From assembly GCA_051362555.1 (NCBI GenBank), contig CM120643.1:17364848-17428847 (forward strand): DNA of 64,000 nt, given 5' to 3'. The notes beneath the pieces were generated by a model. It searched no databases, was not told where the DNA came from, and was given only the letters and a program-made list of their open reading frames with translations. The DNA comes from Lingula anatina (Eukaryota > Animalia > Brachiopoda). The translations under genes were made by a program, and so were the position numbers. Of this stretch, positions 39,249 through 53,050 are shown one piece after another (position 1 is the stretch's first letter; every line of letters begins with the position of its first letter).

Positions 39249-40200
39249 AGTAGCCCCAAAAGTTTGGCACACCTTCAAAAAATTTACAGGTTTTCCAATT
39301 ACTTGCGCAATTACTGACAAAATTGATGACATTTTTGCACCCCCTTCTTCATTTATTTATCCTCCTATATATTAAGGTAACCTAGGACAAATGTGAACAC
39401 TTTCCAGTGGTCTGTTACCTCAGTGCCACACCCTAACTAAAGTAAGCTACATGCAAGGTGTGCGTTTATGTTCACTTTGTTCGAATATCACGTCATACGT
39501 TGAACCACAGACTGGAAATGGTCACAGAGAAAGAAAAATGATAAAATATACAAGACCTGAACATGATCACTGCATAAAGGCCCCCTTACGCAGAGCATTC
39601 TCTGAGGCACAGTGGCAAAAAAAAAAAAATCACCAAAGCCCGATTTTCCAGAGGATGGGTTATCATCAGACCTCTGATTTGTGGCTTGGGCCAAGATGTT
39701 CTCCCAAGAAAACTTATTTTGGCAACACAGAGGAGGTACCGCTGCTAAGATTCAACCCATCAACTACACAACAAATTTGTAATTGGAAGCATGTCTGGTT
39801 TTCTAATGAAGTGGGATTTCTTCGTTCTCGTGTATTTAGCAGGCTGTATGTTTTATGTCGGAAACAGATCGGAACAGTTGCCCATGGTAGTGGTGTTGTC
39901 CATCTTTGGGATGCCATTTCTTATGGACGTCTAACCAATCTGGTGTTCCTCAGAGAGAGCTTAGCTGCCGCCCTCTACACGCACGTTCTTGCGATAGAAA
40001 TGGTGCCATATGTTAAAACCAACCTTGGTCTTAACTTACTGTTCCAACTTGCAGAACACAAAAATTTTTTCAAAAACCAGGAAATTGTGCAAGTAGACTG
40101 GACTGCTCATTCTCGTGGTTTGAATCCCATATAGCACTGCTGGGATGTTCTAAATCGTACTGTCATGAGAGGTGAGGTCTATCCGACTACTGATTTCTTC
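39249..40200 (+). mobile_element. Degenerate Tc1/mariner transposon
   Basis: TA-cagtagccccaaaagtttggcac terminus; WKHVWFSNE and DWTAHSRGLNPI remnants. Confidence 0.7.
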
Positions 40201-40950
40201 ATGACACAGCATTGTCTATGGAAGATATGCTTCTCTTATTCATGCTTCCTTGAACATGGCATTTGCCTTTTCACTGTAAACTGCTATTAATTCCATCAAA
40301 TGGAATTATTCCCGCATATATTCAGTTACTTGAAGGCGAACACGAAATAATTATAAAACACTTACAAACTGGTTGAGTAATAAATGTGTCTTAGTTTGAA
40401 CTCATTGAAATCGTAAACACAACATTCTGTTGGAGATTATATATTCCGTCATTTCTAGCAAAAGTGGCTATGAGCAATTTTCCCTTAATATATGTGTAAT
40501 CTTTGTTGGACCAAACAATTCAAGAAATCACAGCAACAGATGATAGTTCGATCTACTTTTGGGCGCCTTTGACCGCATTCACATCGAGTTGGGCAATGGC
40601 TCTACAAAGCCACGAACTAAATATGGCGGACGTTTTAAAGTAAAACTGACAGTTGTTTTGTGTCTTTAGTGAACTAGTGAATTTTTTTAACTTGTTATTC
40701 AGAAATACCTGTACATTCCAATAAACTTCCTTGCAAGGTCAGCTAACACTAGGATAAATAAGTCGCTGTAAATGTGATGGAGTGAAATTAACAAAGTTGA
40801 CAGTTCTCGGTACCCTGTTATAGATAGGTTGAGGTGATTGTGACTTTGTTATATATATAACATGCGTGAGTGTGGAACAGAGTGCTCAACAGTACGGATC
40901 ATTTGTACACAATTAAAATTAATAAATAAATAAATAAACAAAAGACATGC

Positions 40951-41015
40951 AATAACCCCGACTCCGAGTTTCACGGGCATACCCAGAAGGTATGCCCGAT
41001 CGTCAGGAGGTTTAT
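40951..41015 (-). ncRNA. Type I hammerhead ribozyme (Penelope pLTR copy)
   Basis: Reverse complement of 42431-42496. Confidence 0.8.
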
Positions 41016-41060
41016 CATCTGTTGCTGTGATTTCTTGAATGTTTATTTATTTTCTTATAT

Positions 41061-41093
<33 letters not shown>

Positions 41094-41184
41094 ACAAGCG
41101 TGAATGTGGAACAGAGTGCTCAACAGTACGGAGCATTTGTACACAATTAAAATTAATAAATAAATAAATAAACAAAAGACATGC

Positions 41185-41252
41185 AATAACCCCGACTCCG
41201 AGTTTCACGGGCATACCCAGAAGGTATATGCCCGATCGTCAGGAGGTTTATT
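41185..41252 (-). ncRNA. Type I hammerhead ribozyme (2-nt insertion in stem II)
   Basis: Reverse complement of 42431-42496 with an extra TA. Confidence 0.75.
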
Positions 41253-42430
41253 TGAAAATGGTTATATTAGCCGTTTTACATACACAGCGTGACGACACTT
41301 ACGTCGCACGCCGTGTTAGTTACGTCACTTTATGCCGACACATGGTAATTATCTCAGTTCTTTTATTCAGAGTATCTGGTGTTATCATTATCAACAGTTT
41401 TTCGTCTAAGCAAAGATTGCATAGGTGCTGATTTCTCCTTTGCGGCGTTGATTTCTTTATGATGTCCCATCTAATGTCATAGTGGGTTTTATTTTCTGTT
41501 AATTTCTAAATGTATTTGGATAACTCAGTATCTGCAGCATATTTCTTGTCTCTAAATGACTTGGTGTGATTATTGTATCTCAACTTAAATTGGCCACCAC
41601 AAAGCCCTATATATTTCATGCATTTGTCCTTAGTAGTGACTGATGCTTGGTACACAATGTTGCTAGACAAGCATTCCCCTCTTACTAGAAGCTCTAAAAT
41701 TACATTTATTATCTTGAGTGTTAACTAACATGTTTTTTAGAATTTTTTTATTGTGACCGTGAATGATTTGCTGTACGTTTTTCATACAACAGTAACTTAC
41801 TTTTACAGTCGATCTGTTGAATAATCGGTAAAGCTTGCTTCCGCGAGGGAAATGCTTGTCTAGCAACTGTAGGAATATATGCCCGATTTTCGTTCTTACA
41901 TTTTTCGAGTATGGTGGGTTGAACCAAATAAGTTTCCTGTTTCGTTTTTTCTTTTCTCTGGGACGAGAGCTGCTTGCTTTAGAGTTAACGACATTACGGT
42001 ATAGCCCGCGGTTTGAAGCGCCGTCGTATATACGTTATCTGATCCTTCTGCTACCACTCCGTCATACGAAAGGGATTGCAATCTTTCGCCGATGGCTTTA
42101 GGAATGTTCCTTATTATTGCGGGGGGGTGATTTGAGTGTTTGTGAACATAGATCGGCTGGGCGTTCGGTTTTACGAACTGCCTGTGTTTCCCGGATTCTA
42201 AGTCTAGGTTAACATCAAGGAAGTTAACTGCTCTATCGTTGGTGGATACAGTGAGTTAAGGTCATAACTTTTGAAGAGCTTGACTATATCCTTTCTAATG
42301 CTGTCAGCTTCGCTTCCACCACAAGATTTCATCACGGCTAAGCTGAGATAATTACCATGTGTCGGCATGAAGTGACGTAACTAACACGGCGTGCGACGTA
42401 AGTGTCGTCACGCTAATATAATCATTTTCA

Positions 42431-42496
42431 AATAAACCTCCTGACGATCGGGCATACCTTCTGGGTATGCCCGTGAAACTCGGAGTCGGGGTTATT
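42431..42496 (+). ncRNA. Type I hammerhead ribozyme
   Basis: aaacctc-CTGACGA-t-cgggcatacc/ggtatgcccg-t-GAAA-ctcggag-TC-ggggtt; GUC cleavage triplet at 42485-42487. Confidence 0.85.
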
Positions 42497-42528
42497 GCAT
42501 GTCTTTTGTTTATTTATTTATTTATTTA

Positions 42529-42599
<71 letters not shown>

Positions 42600-42626
42600 T
42601 TGGAAATCCTTGGAAGGCCAAACATA

Positions 42627-44288
42627 CAGACTTGACATTTAATATGGAATATTTTTTTCGAAATAATTTTTTATCAGTTTTTTCCTATTTTGCTGACTGA
42701 TAAATGATAATAAGGATTAAAATCGTGTTTTAATAACTTTTAATTATCTCCTTGATGTCATTGTGACATCAGTTTATTAATGGAATTCGCCAGAGAAGCA
42801 AACAAAAACACATTGCCTATTCTATGTCATACGACAACCATTAAAAGAGATATTTTGGATCTCCATATTTTCCAAATTATCGTCTGTAAAAGGGTAATAC
42901 GCTCCACAAAAGACCCTCATGTCAGTTGCTAGTCACAGTAATGCTCGTTGTTACGCCTGGCCTCTTCGTGGCTGTTGCCAGCGCTCTCAAGCGGCAAGGC
43001 ATTTCTTGGGGGTAGGTTTTTAGAGTTCAATCTGGAATAGCATTCCAGGCATCGGTCTAAAATTGTCCAATCTGGTCCAGATTTGTTGTAGGACATGTAG
43101 GCAGTTGATTGGTGAATAATGGTCTACCGAAATATTGTCTATTTGGTTCAAATGTGGCGATTTTGATGACCAGGGAAGCTGGTCATTCCCTTGGTTCTGT
43201 AAGTTATCTGCTATTAAAAGTGCTCTGTGTGAACCATCAACCTCATCGTGCAACTTAGACTTGTTCCTAAGGTGCCCCCTATCAAATGATAGTCAAGTGG
43301 TTCCGAGATTATTCCTTTATTTGATCTGGTTCAGGTTTTCGTCGATGACTACCATTGGTGTTTTGGCACCAATGTGGAATCTACTCCAAATATTGACGCT
43401 GTCAATCACCCTTGTCACTTTAGACCCGGCATATGCTTCGTCGTAGGCCTCTTCTGGATATCTGTAAACTCTGTTTTGACTAATTGGGCGGTACAGGTGA
43501 AATCTGACCTCAATAAAGAAAGCCACGCAGTTTCATTGTTCTACCCAGAATCGTTCATGGCCCCCAATTCATGAGAGAAACAGACGACGATGTTTTGCTG
43601 TATACAGTGGGTAACTCGGAGGTCATTTGGTGTTCTTACCTGCTAAAACCAGTTTGGTGTTCGCTAAGGGCTTTGAAAAACGCATTTTAGTGGCAATTTA
43701 CCCCTCGTTCTGAACGGACTAAATGTTTTTTGTTTAGTTGCAGCAGCGTATCCCGATAGACAGTGGGTCCTGTACCCTGTAGGTAAAATTTTGATACATT
43801 GGGGGTGACCTCTGTGTAGGTACATCAGTCTGGGCATTACTCTATAAAACTGTGGGGACCGTTCCGTTTGGCGCTATGATCTGTCTGGTTATGTTTGTCT
43901 TTTTCGCGCCATTCTGCCTTAGATTAACAACTTTGTAATGCACTACTTGACTCATTTTACGCACTGAAAAACTGACCGCTTGCATGCAAAATTTCAAATT
44001 CTTCTATGCAGTAGTTGTCGAAATATGGATACTTTTTTGGCAGAACCAAGCTTTGCCTAAGCCAAGCTTTGATCAGCCCAAAGAAACACTACCCAATTAA
44101 ATCACTGCAAATTACATAATGTAGCAGCGCAATAGGCATGAAAAACAGTTAATTGGTAGTGACACACCTTACTGCACACTTTTACATTCAAACATCTTAT
44201 ATGAGATAGGATGTTTTTGAAAAAAGAACGTATTTTTACCTAGGCATACCTTCGAAACTGAAATATTCCATATTAAATGTCAAGTCTG
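42627..44288 (-). mobile_element. Full-length but decayed Tc1/mariner element
   Basis: Perfect 28-bp TIR cagacttgacatttaatatggaatattt, TA TSD, LPWSSKSPHLNQIDNI remnant. Confidence 0.88.
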
Positions 44289-45042
44289 TATATATACCCT
44301 ACATATATTTAGCCATCAAACATGTCCTACTAGTACTGCTAAACACATCCAGGCTATAAGGGTGTACCATGCTTAGGTACAAAACATACTTAGGAGCTAA
44401 ATGCGTTGAAAAAAAACAGACAAAGCAGGCACTTGGATGTTTTTACAGCGTACTTATAATTGTGTACCTGTGTTTTGTACCAAAAATAAAAACATTTCAG
44501 GTCATTTTAATGCCTTTTCATGCAAGAATGTTGTCTAACAACTGGGGTTGATACAATGTTGTTATCTGACGTTGATCCAACTTTCAATTCCAACGTTTAT
44601 CCAACATCTTATCAACGTTATGGTTCAACGTTGTTTCAACGTTAAAACAACATAATTAGCCCGCTGGGTGGGTTTTTCAAGCAATAAAACCTTTTTCACA
44701 CCACAGCGTATTTGAAGCCCAGATGAATACCTAGCAGAGCATGCATGGAAAAATTACGAATAGCAGTGCTGAGGAACCTCACAAGAATTTTAGAAAAATA
44801 ACGACACTGATGTGTGGTACGGAAACCAGCAACAAACACTTATCAATTATGTTAACAGCATTCCACTTCGTAAAATGACCAGTATCAAATTACGCTGTTT
44901 AAATAAAATGTTTAAAGACTAATCTTTGCATTCAAAAGTTGTTATTTTAGTGTCTGTCTCATCTTTTACAACAACAGAGAAGACACGTCTCAATTCAAAG
45001 TCAAAATATAACAATTATTCTTTGCATCGTAGACATTATTAC

Positions 45043-46065
45043 CTTTGACAACTGAAGTTCACCAGGGGTTCCTCCTATACCTGACAGGTCAGCGTTGGAT
45101 GAGAACAGTTCGGTCATTCCAAGACTTTCGAGTGGATCTTTTAAATTAACACGCATGTTTTCTAATACAAACCGAGGGATCGAAACTGTCAAAATAGAAA
45201 GCGCCGATTCCTGCATAGAATGGAAAAGCCTGTGAATTTCCTCACCAGAAAACTCAGATTCAAAATGGCTGAGTCCATCACGCTGGTCGGGCAGTATGAT
45301 GAGCATTCTGGCCGTTCCTACATAAGGAATTTCTATCATGGAGGCCTGCCATTTCTTGCTGTAGATATGCCTAAACAATCCAGTCTGTGTCATCATATCC
45401 ACTAACGTGGGGCGAGGATTAGCAGTATAGAAAGGGCTTTTTCTGGTTTGTGACGGGTCAAAGGGGGATTCCCATTTTCCCCTGAAGTACACGGCACTTA
45501 CGAGAGCCAGAATGGTAGAGGGGGTGATATCACCCGGTTCAAGAAGATCTTTGATTTTGTTTTCCGTTTGCTCTTTAACCCATGTGTTGATCTCATTTCT
45601 TGATTCTTCCGGAAAATTTACAAAATCATGACGTCCCATTGGCGCTCCATAGTATGCAAGACTGTCTTCAATGTAGCTGGTATTAAAAGAGAGTCCTTGT
45701 TCTCCAAACAATCTATTGGTAATACGGAGAGTGAAACCGCTGTTGACGTCGTTCGTATCTTCAAGAACGTGACTAATATTTATATGAATATTGGTTATAT
45801 TCTCTATTTCCAAGGCAATATCCACCTGAACTTTGGTATTCCCTCGAGCACCTAGTTCCAGCATACCAAGCGCAGCAGAGATACTGAGAGGGGAGAAAAA
45901 GATATTCGTCACCGAGGGAAACGTGCGGATCTTGTTGTAAAGTTTTGCTGAAAACTTGTTGCTTACTCTTGAAAATGAATGGTGAAATCCTCCATCAATC
46001 GATTCAAGACCTGCGCTCAAAAACAGCAGTTGCAACAAAAGGATGGACTGTTTGCCAAACGCCAT
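45043..46065 (-). CDS. Serpin body exon B, 341 codons, no RCL exon of its own
   Basis: Intact ORF with signal peptide MAFGKQSILLLQLLFL; ends QLSK|gtaata in phase 0. Confidence 0.9.
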
Positions 46066-46499
46066 GTTTTCTATTTTCTATCTTCTGCTAGGCCCTTTTT
46101 CGAAAGCCTTATCTTTGAAAGGGATGCTAAAAAGGTTTAATAGAATGCAGTATACCCCGTCGCATACATACCATCCGCTTCACGCCCCTAACCTTTTACC
46201 CAGATCACGTGACCACGTGATTTATTACATCACACATGTATGTATGTATGAGTTTGCCTGCACGCATACAAATACTTCCCGTTCTCACCCTCAGACGGAT
46301 AATGACAGACTAATGCACTCTTGTACATATACTCCCCTATTAAATAAAGTGTCACCACTACCGTATATTGCTACAAAGGTTCCTATAGTTTAAATTTTAC
46401 TATTACATTTCAACTAGGCAACCGATCGTCGTATAAACTGCGGGTGTGAGTAGTAGAACATTTAACTCTCTAGTGTAACCATTGAAATACTAAAACAAA

Positions 46500-47300
46500 T
46501 TATTTTTTAATATTTGCCTCCTTATGAGAGGGATACATTTTTACTGATCGGTTGAGGGAGTTTTGACCCGCCGAATTGCCAGAAGGTTGGGTTGTTCCAC
46601 GAGAACCATTCAGAAGGATAGACAATATCATAATTAAAAGGTACATGGGTAAAATTGCCTGGGTAAGGCCGACCTTAGGAAACAACACCAAGAGAAGAGA
46701 CAATATTAATAGGCCTTGCTCGTACAAAATGTTTCATGATATTTTGGAACTTGACAGCAACATTTCACAAGAAGAGGACACACCATGTGTCTGAGTTTAC
46801 CGTCACAAGACGTCTGCACAATCGCCGTTAACAGGAAGTCTGTTAGGAGGCCAGTGATCAGGAAACCGTCTATGTCAAATGGTATACTGGAACTCTGAGA
46901 TGGATACCAGCCTATTGATTGGCATCGATACTGTCCTCAGATGAAAGCAGGTAAAATGTTGTGAGAGTTTATGGACGTTTAAGGGTTTGGAAAACAGCTA
47001 GCAAGAGGTATATTCCCAATTTTCTGCTTCTGGTCGACAGGACGCAACCCAAATAGTCATACATGGGGTGTATTGTCTACTGTGGTTTAGGCGAGCTGGC
47101 AGTGTTCAACGTGATCCTTAACACAGACCATTACATCCAACTACTGGAAAGGAAACTTATGGCATTCTGTTGAGAATAGCTTTGGGGACCATGGTCACCC
47201 ATTTATGTTTCAGCATGATAATGCTACTCCACATACAGTCAACGCAACAGTAGGCTGGTTATATGCGAAACAGATCCAGACCCCTCCCAAAGGCCAGCTC
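46500..47300 (+). mobile_element. Decayed Tc1 transposase fragment
   Basis: SDESR and FGDHGHPFMFQHDNATPH remnants. Confidence 0.7.
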
Positions 47301-47339
47301 AATTTTTATATTATAAAGGTCGCATGAAATATACTACTC

Positions 47340-50300
47340 GACATAAATTAGGGAGCCTACCTACTCTTATTAAATTTTAGCAGTTCTAAGGCAAAGTCAT
47401 CATCCTGTAACCTATTATATGACATTTCTACTTTAAATGATTTTCTATAAAAGTTTTTCACTCGTTAAATGTGATAATGGCAATTATACATTTAGGGTGA
47501 TGTACGTAAAAATTGGGTAAAATCTTTGTAGCAGTAGGCCAGCTGCAGCATGCCACTACCAACAGCACTTGAGCGATTGCTACTCAATGGACTAACCCAA
47601 GTTGGTCAGTTGATACTTTGTCAGCAACTTTCTACAGTCACATGAGCTTATCCGTGTCACAGCCTGGCAGAGCGTGGACACTTTGTAGCTGGCTGCACTT
47701 TTATGTAACTTACTGCACTACAGGAAAAAAACATCGCGTCTCGATATGAGCAACAGGTCAACAAGGCGATCTCTGGTGTTGTTAGCCTCTAAATTCTACA
47801 ATATATTTAATTTATCTAATAAATAGGCCAACATCAGCGGTTTTCATATTTTTTCATTATTATTGCTGAAGAGCACAATAATGGACAAGACGTATTTTGA
47901 TTGAGCCAATTCTACGATTTTCATAACAAAATTTCAATTTTTACGAGGCTATAAATCGTTTCCTGTAGATGAGTGCCATTGCCTCACTTTCTAGAAATTG
48001 GATCTGTCGGTCAAATTGCGGAAGTGAAAGTTTAATATGTTATGTCGATTCATTTCGACCAACAACGTGGGTTTTCCTATATGCTTTACCTAATATAAGC
48101 CTTCCTACATTTTCGAATGCATTTTGTATATTTATCATTCACATTAGCTAACAAGGAGTATTTTATCAAGAGTGTGAGAGGGGTGGAAACTTCCCTTAGG
48201 GCCACATTGAACACTATAGATACTGTTGTGGTTGTGAGCGAGAATGTTATGGTTGTGGGCTGTCTTGGAGAAGCGCCATCCAGGTGTCTGCGCACGCTGA
48301 GTAAGCGCGCGTGATAGGAATAGAAGCTCTCCACTACGAGACATCAGACGAGACGCACCTTGTGCGTCAAGTCCACGATCTGTGAGCATTCCCTGGCCAA
48401 TACAACATCTACTTAATTATACCACTGTAGCTGACATTCATAGTGCCAGAGTAGTTATTGATCAAGAAGCGATTGTGAAGACGTACCATGATACCTATAG
48501 GTGGAATATAAGGTAATTCGTCTACGCCCCTGATCAGGGAGTAACAAACGCCTTTACGTGTGTCACTGCCACTTAGACTGTATCTACCACAAGGATAAGT
48601 GACTTTAGCCATTCTAGTTCACTTCAATGCAAAAGGAATCCCCTTACAATTAGGGAGAAATAAATGCCATTCTAAGGAAAGTTCGATGGATTTACCTTTA
48701 ATACATACAGTCAACAATATAGTTTCAATACGATTTGACAGTCGCTCAAAGAAAATCCAAGGACACATCACGACCAGTTAAACGGTTTATTTGTTGACTT
48801 TCCCTAACTACATGATCATCGTGTAGTCTCCAACTTTGGAACTCTCTCCCATAACTCGCGCCCGCCTCCTCAATTCTCTGAAGTGGTCTCTCAAAAACGT
48901 CCCCTCAGATATTAATTCCAAAGGCTTATATCCAAATTTCTTATATAACCAGTAGGTGGACTCAATGCTGTATTATTGCGATTGTCTATTACCTTACAAT
49001 TTCTATGAAGTGCGACAACAAGTCCGGTCGTTGAGAGTGATGAGAAACCGGCAACAAAGCTATATCAACAGTATCCCAGCGGGCAAATTATGTTGTTTTA
49101 ACGTTGAAACAACGTTGAACCATAACGTTGAAAAGACATTGAATAAACGTTGGATTTGAAAGTTGTGTCAACCTCAGGTAACAACGTTGTATCAACGTCA
49201 GAAAACAATGTTATATCAACCCTACCCAGCGGGATATTTGCCTGGATGTGTTTAGCAGTAGGACATGTTTGATGGCTAAATGTATGGCCTTTATGTTAAA
49301 ATTTCCAAGGTTTAGATTAATATATATAGATCTGATATATATATATATATATATATATAACAAGGTCACAGTCGCCTCAACCTATCCATAACCAGTTACC
49401 AAGAACTGTTAACTCCATCACATTTATAGCAACTTATTCATCCTAGTGTTAGCTGACCTTGCAAACAATTCAGTTTATTGGAATGTATTTCTGAATAACA
49501 AGTTAAGAAAATTCACTAGTTAACTAAAGACACAAAACAACTGTCATTTTTACTTTAAAACCATTTTGTTATTATTTTGATAAATTTAGTTACAGTATTG
49601 ATAAACAAAGTATCACGTTTTCAATAATTAATATCTTAAATTACAATCCATAACTGCAAGGTTGTGTCATTGACCAAAATACAACGTTGAGTCAACGTGG
49701 CTGGATCAACGTTGATTCAACTTTGAATTTAGGTAGATCAACGTTGATCCAACGCAACTATGCCTGCTGGGATGCCACTCTGCAAAAGGACATATTCTAA
49801 ACATGCTTTATATTTTAAAAGGGTTGTGAAAAGGTTTAATGAGCTGTGGCTTACCTCAAACACCTCTCTCGCAGATAAACCATGATTCATTTATATACAA
49901 CAAGATACATTAATTTGACAGTTTGTAACACTCTGTACTCGTTTTAATGACATTCTGATCGTTTTTGCTGTTTTAGTATTCTACACACGGTGTGTGCTCT
50001 GTGATACAGAAGCAAAAAATGGTTCTGGTGGCGTTTAAAAACATATGTATAGTTTTGCCTGCAAACAAATACCCCCGTTCTCTCTCCCAGACGAATAATG
50101 ATACATCTAGATACATGTACGATTAGAAACATTAGTTGACAGTTTGTTATATTCTTTACTCGCTTTTATGCCCTTTGGTGTGTGCCTTGTGATACAGCAG
50201 TAAAAATGGCTCTGGTGTCCTTTAAAAACTAATTAAGATTTAAACAATATGGGTGGGGAAGCTTTTAATAATTTAAAGGTGTCATAAGAATTTATTGAAT

Positions 50301-50975
50301 GGGCTATATCAGAAAGACTCAGCTGTGCACAATACACTGTTTGTTAACAATAGAAGTAGCCGTATTTACTCATCATTGCTAGAAGCTGTTGATGAACCAC
50401 AACTCCTCATTTAATAGAACTACAAACCCAACAGTTCAAATCCTCACCCGACTTTTAACCGCAGACTGATGGATACGGATACAGAGCAAGAGAAATGACA
50501 AAGAACCAAAGAATAACACATATACAGGTAGATCGCAGTTTTACCATCTGAGTGTATATCATTCCACTGCGATGACCAGAAAGCACGTAGACTTACTGGA
50601 TCGTATATCCAGAAAATCACGACATGCGGTGATGGTTCGATCCACTTTAGCCCAAATGTTTTTTTTTTTTTTTTTTTTTTTTTTGAAAAAAAAAATCTTT
50701 TAAAACGCCATATAACTATTTCATGATCATTGTCTACCATCATTTTCTCTAGGGATCGTCCGACGATAAATTTTCATAAAACTTCATCTCAAACGGCATT
50801 GCATGGTGACAGATTTCTTCTAGCATCACAAATTTTTGATGAATAAGTAATTTTTATGGAAATGCAAAAGCTAATATTTCACTTTCTTCCTTGCTTAAAT
50901 TATTTTCATATCAAAATGAGATGTCTCAATTCAAAGTCAAAATAGGGCCATTTTCTATGCATCATAGGCAGTCCT
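47340..50975 (+). repeat. Segmental duplication of the serpin inter-exon spacer (homologous to ~52200-55905)
   Basis: Colinear similarity throughout, e.g. 47940-48120 vs 53160-53330, 49770-50400 vs 54628-55270, 50620-50960 vs 55570-55895. Confidence 0.9.
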
Positions 50976-50977
50976 AC

Positions 50978-52042
50978 CTTTGACAACTGAAGTTCACCAG
51001 GGGTTCCTCCCATACCTGACAGGTCAGCGTTGGACGAGAACAGGTCGGTCATCCCAAGATTCTCGAGCGGCTCTTTAACATCAATGAGCATGTTTTCTAG
51101 TACAAACCGAGGGATCGAAACTGACTCTTTCGATCTCTGCTGCACTGGGAATGCTGGAACTGATCGAAACTTTCAAAATAGAAAGTGCCGATTCCTGTAG
51201 AGAATGGAAAAGCCCGTGAATTTCCTCACCAGAAAACCCAGATTCAAAATGACTGAGTCCATCTTGTTGGTCGGGTAGTATAATCAACATTCTGGTCCTT
51301 CCTTCATAAGGAATTTCTATCATGGAGGCCTGCCATTTCTTGTTGTAGATATGCATAAACAGTCCAGCCTGTGTCATCATATCTACCAACGTGAGACGAG
51401 GGTTAGCAGTAAAGAAAGGTCGTTTTCTAGTCTGCGACGGGTCAAATGGGGAAGCCAATTTACCTTCAAAGCACATGGCGCTCACGAGAGTCAGAATGAT
51501 AGAGGGGGTGATATCAGCCGGTTCTAGAATAGTTTTGATGTTACCCTCTGTTTGTGCTGTTTGTTGATTTCTATCCTTGATTCTTCCGAAAAGTTTACAA
51601 AATCAAGGCGTCCCAGTGGCTCGCCATAGTACTTAAGACACTCCTCAATGTAGCGGGTATTAAAAGAGAATCCTTGTTCTCCAAACAATCTGTTGGCAAT
51701 GCGTAGAGTGAAACTGTTGATGACGTCGTTCGTATCTTCCAGAACATTACTAATGTTTATATGAATATCATTTATATTCTCTATTTCCAAGGCAATATCC
51801 ATCTGAACTTTCGTATTCCCTCCAGCTCCCAGTTCCAGCATTCCTAGTGCAGCAGAGATACTGAGCGGGGAGAAAAAGATATTCGACGCCGAGGAAAATG
51901 TGCGGATATTGTTGTAAAGTTTTGCTGAAAACTTGTTGCTTACTCTTGAAAATGAATGGTGAAATCCTCCATCAATCGATTCAAGACCTGCGCTCAAAAA
52001 CAGCAGGTGCAACAAAAGGACAGACGATTTTCCAAACACCAT
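50978..52042 (-). pseudogene. Serpin body exon C, frameshifted, B/D chimera
   Basis: Frameshift near 51550 and 49-bp insertion at 51123-51171; donor QLSK|gtagga retained. Confidence 0.9.
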
Positions 52043-52547
52043 GTTTTTAGTTTTCTGTCCTCTACCTAGACCTTTTCCTAAAGTCTTATATTTAAAGTTA
52101 TTTTAAATGGGTTTAATGCGTTGCAGCATACGTGTCCTGCCCATTTGATAATTACATTTGAATACAGGATGGGAAAAATTTAAATACTATTTAGGGCACG
52201 TTAAATATGCTTCTCAACAAAAGTCAGGAAACCTGCCTACTGCTATTTAATTTTAGCCATCTAACGCAAAGCCACAATTACCCCTGTAAGTATTATGTGA
52301 CATTTCTTCTTCATCTGTTTTTCAATGTTAAAATAAGTGATAATCATATATTTTAGGGTGAGGTAAGTAAAATGGGTATCATTCCAGTTGCAGTAGGCCA
52401 TAAAGACTTGTGCCATTGCAGCTGCAGCATGGGTCGCTACAAGCCTTGCCATCTACAGTTTAGCTGCAGCATGTCACAACCAACGGCACTTGAGCAAAAT
52501 CTGCTGTTGGGACGGTGGGAATGAGGGTTGAACCTTCAATGGACTTA

Positions 52548-53050
52548 CTTAAGACCCCATTCCCATACCAGGATCGGTCCATCTCCGTGGGGATTCTTGC
52601 TAAATTGCTTCCAGCTTAAGCAGCTCTGGTGTCTGACACACCTACTGAAGCTGGTAAGCGATAGTTAGTTACCTTTACCCCTTTACAGCTTCAGTAGGCG
52701 TGCCAGACACCAGAGCCGTTTAAGCTGAGAGCAATTTAGCGAGAATCCCGTAGTTGATAGATTGATCCCCAGTTAGTACGATAGGGTTTGGAAATGGTCT
52801 CTTAGAGACAATTCCCAGAGACTATCGTACTAAATTTGGATCGAACTATCTCCAAGGGGATTCTCGCTTAATTGCAATTAACTTAAGCAGCTTATATGTC
52901 TGCCACACCTACTAAAGCCGATATGGGGTAATTAACTCTCGTTTAGTATCTTTAGCAGGCGTGCCAGACATCTAAGCCACTTAAGCTGAAGGCAATGTAG
53001 CAAGAAACCCCGTAGAGATGGACTGATCCTGTGAGATCCTGTGAGTCTTA
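52548..53050. mobile_element. Pair of adjacent foldback MITEs (related fragment at ~15205-15303)
   Basis: Internal inverted repeats gctaaattgct..cagcttaa..ctctggtgtctg / cagacaccagag..ttaagctg..agcaatttagc; absent from the paralogous spacer. Confidence 0.7.

Larger units (their letters stand above)
40861..42535 (-). mobile_element. Penelope-like retroelement fragment (RT C-terminus + GIY-YIG) with tandem and inverted pseudo-LTRs
   Basis: WFNPPYSKNVRTKIG..LLDKHFP..LFNRSTVKVSYCCM, KYIGL..FKLRYNNHTKSF, CNLCLDEK; ~41150-41375 is inverted at 42341-42535. Confidence 0.9.

Noticed and set aside
45001-45042. Read-through tails making exons B and D (and A) look like complete single-exon serpins
   Set aside because: The tails are short intronic read-through past a conserved GT donor and lack s5A, RCL and s4B/s5B
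48160-48620. GC-richer block, possibly a LINE endonuclease relic
   Set aside because: Too decayed to assign without a database search
52261-52452. ORF with ATHAAAAMA resembling a serpin hinge
   Set aside because: No EEGTE or F.ADHPF motif; the paralogous spacer copy does not preserve it
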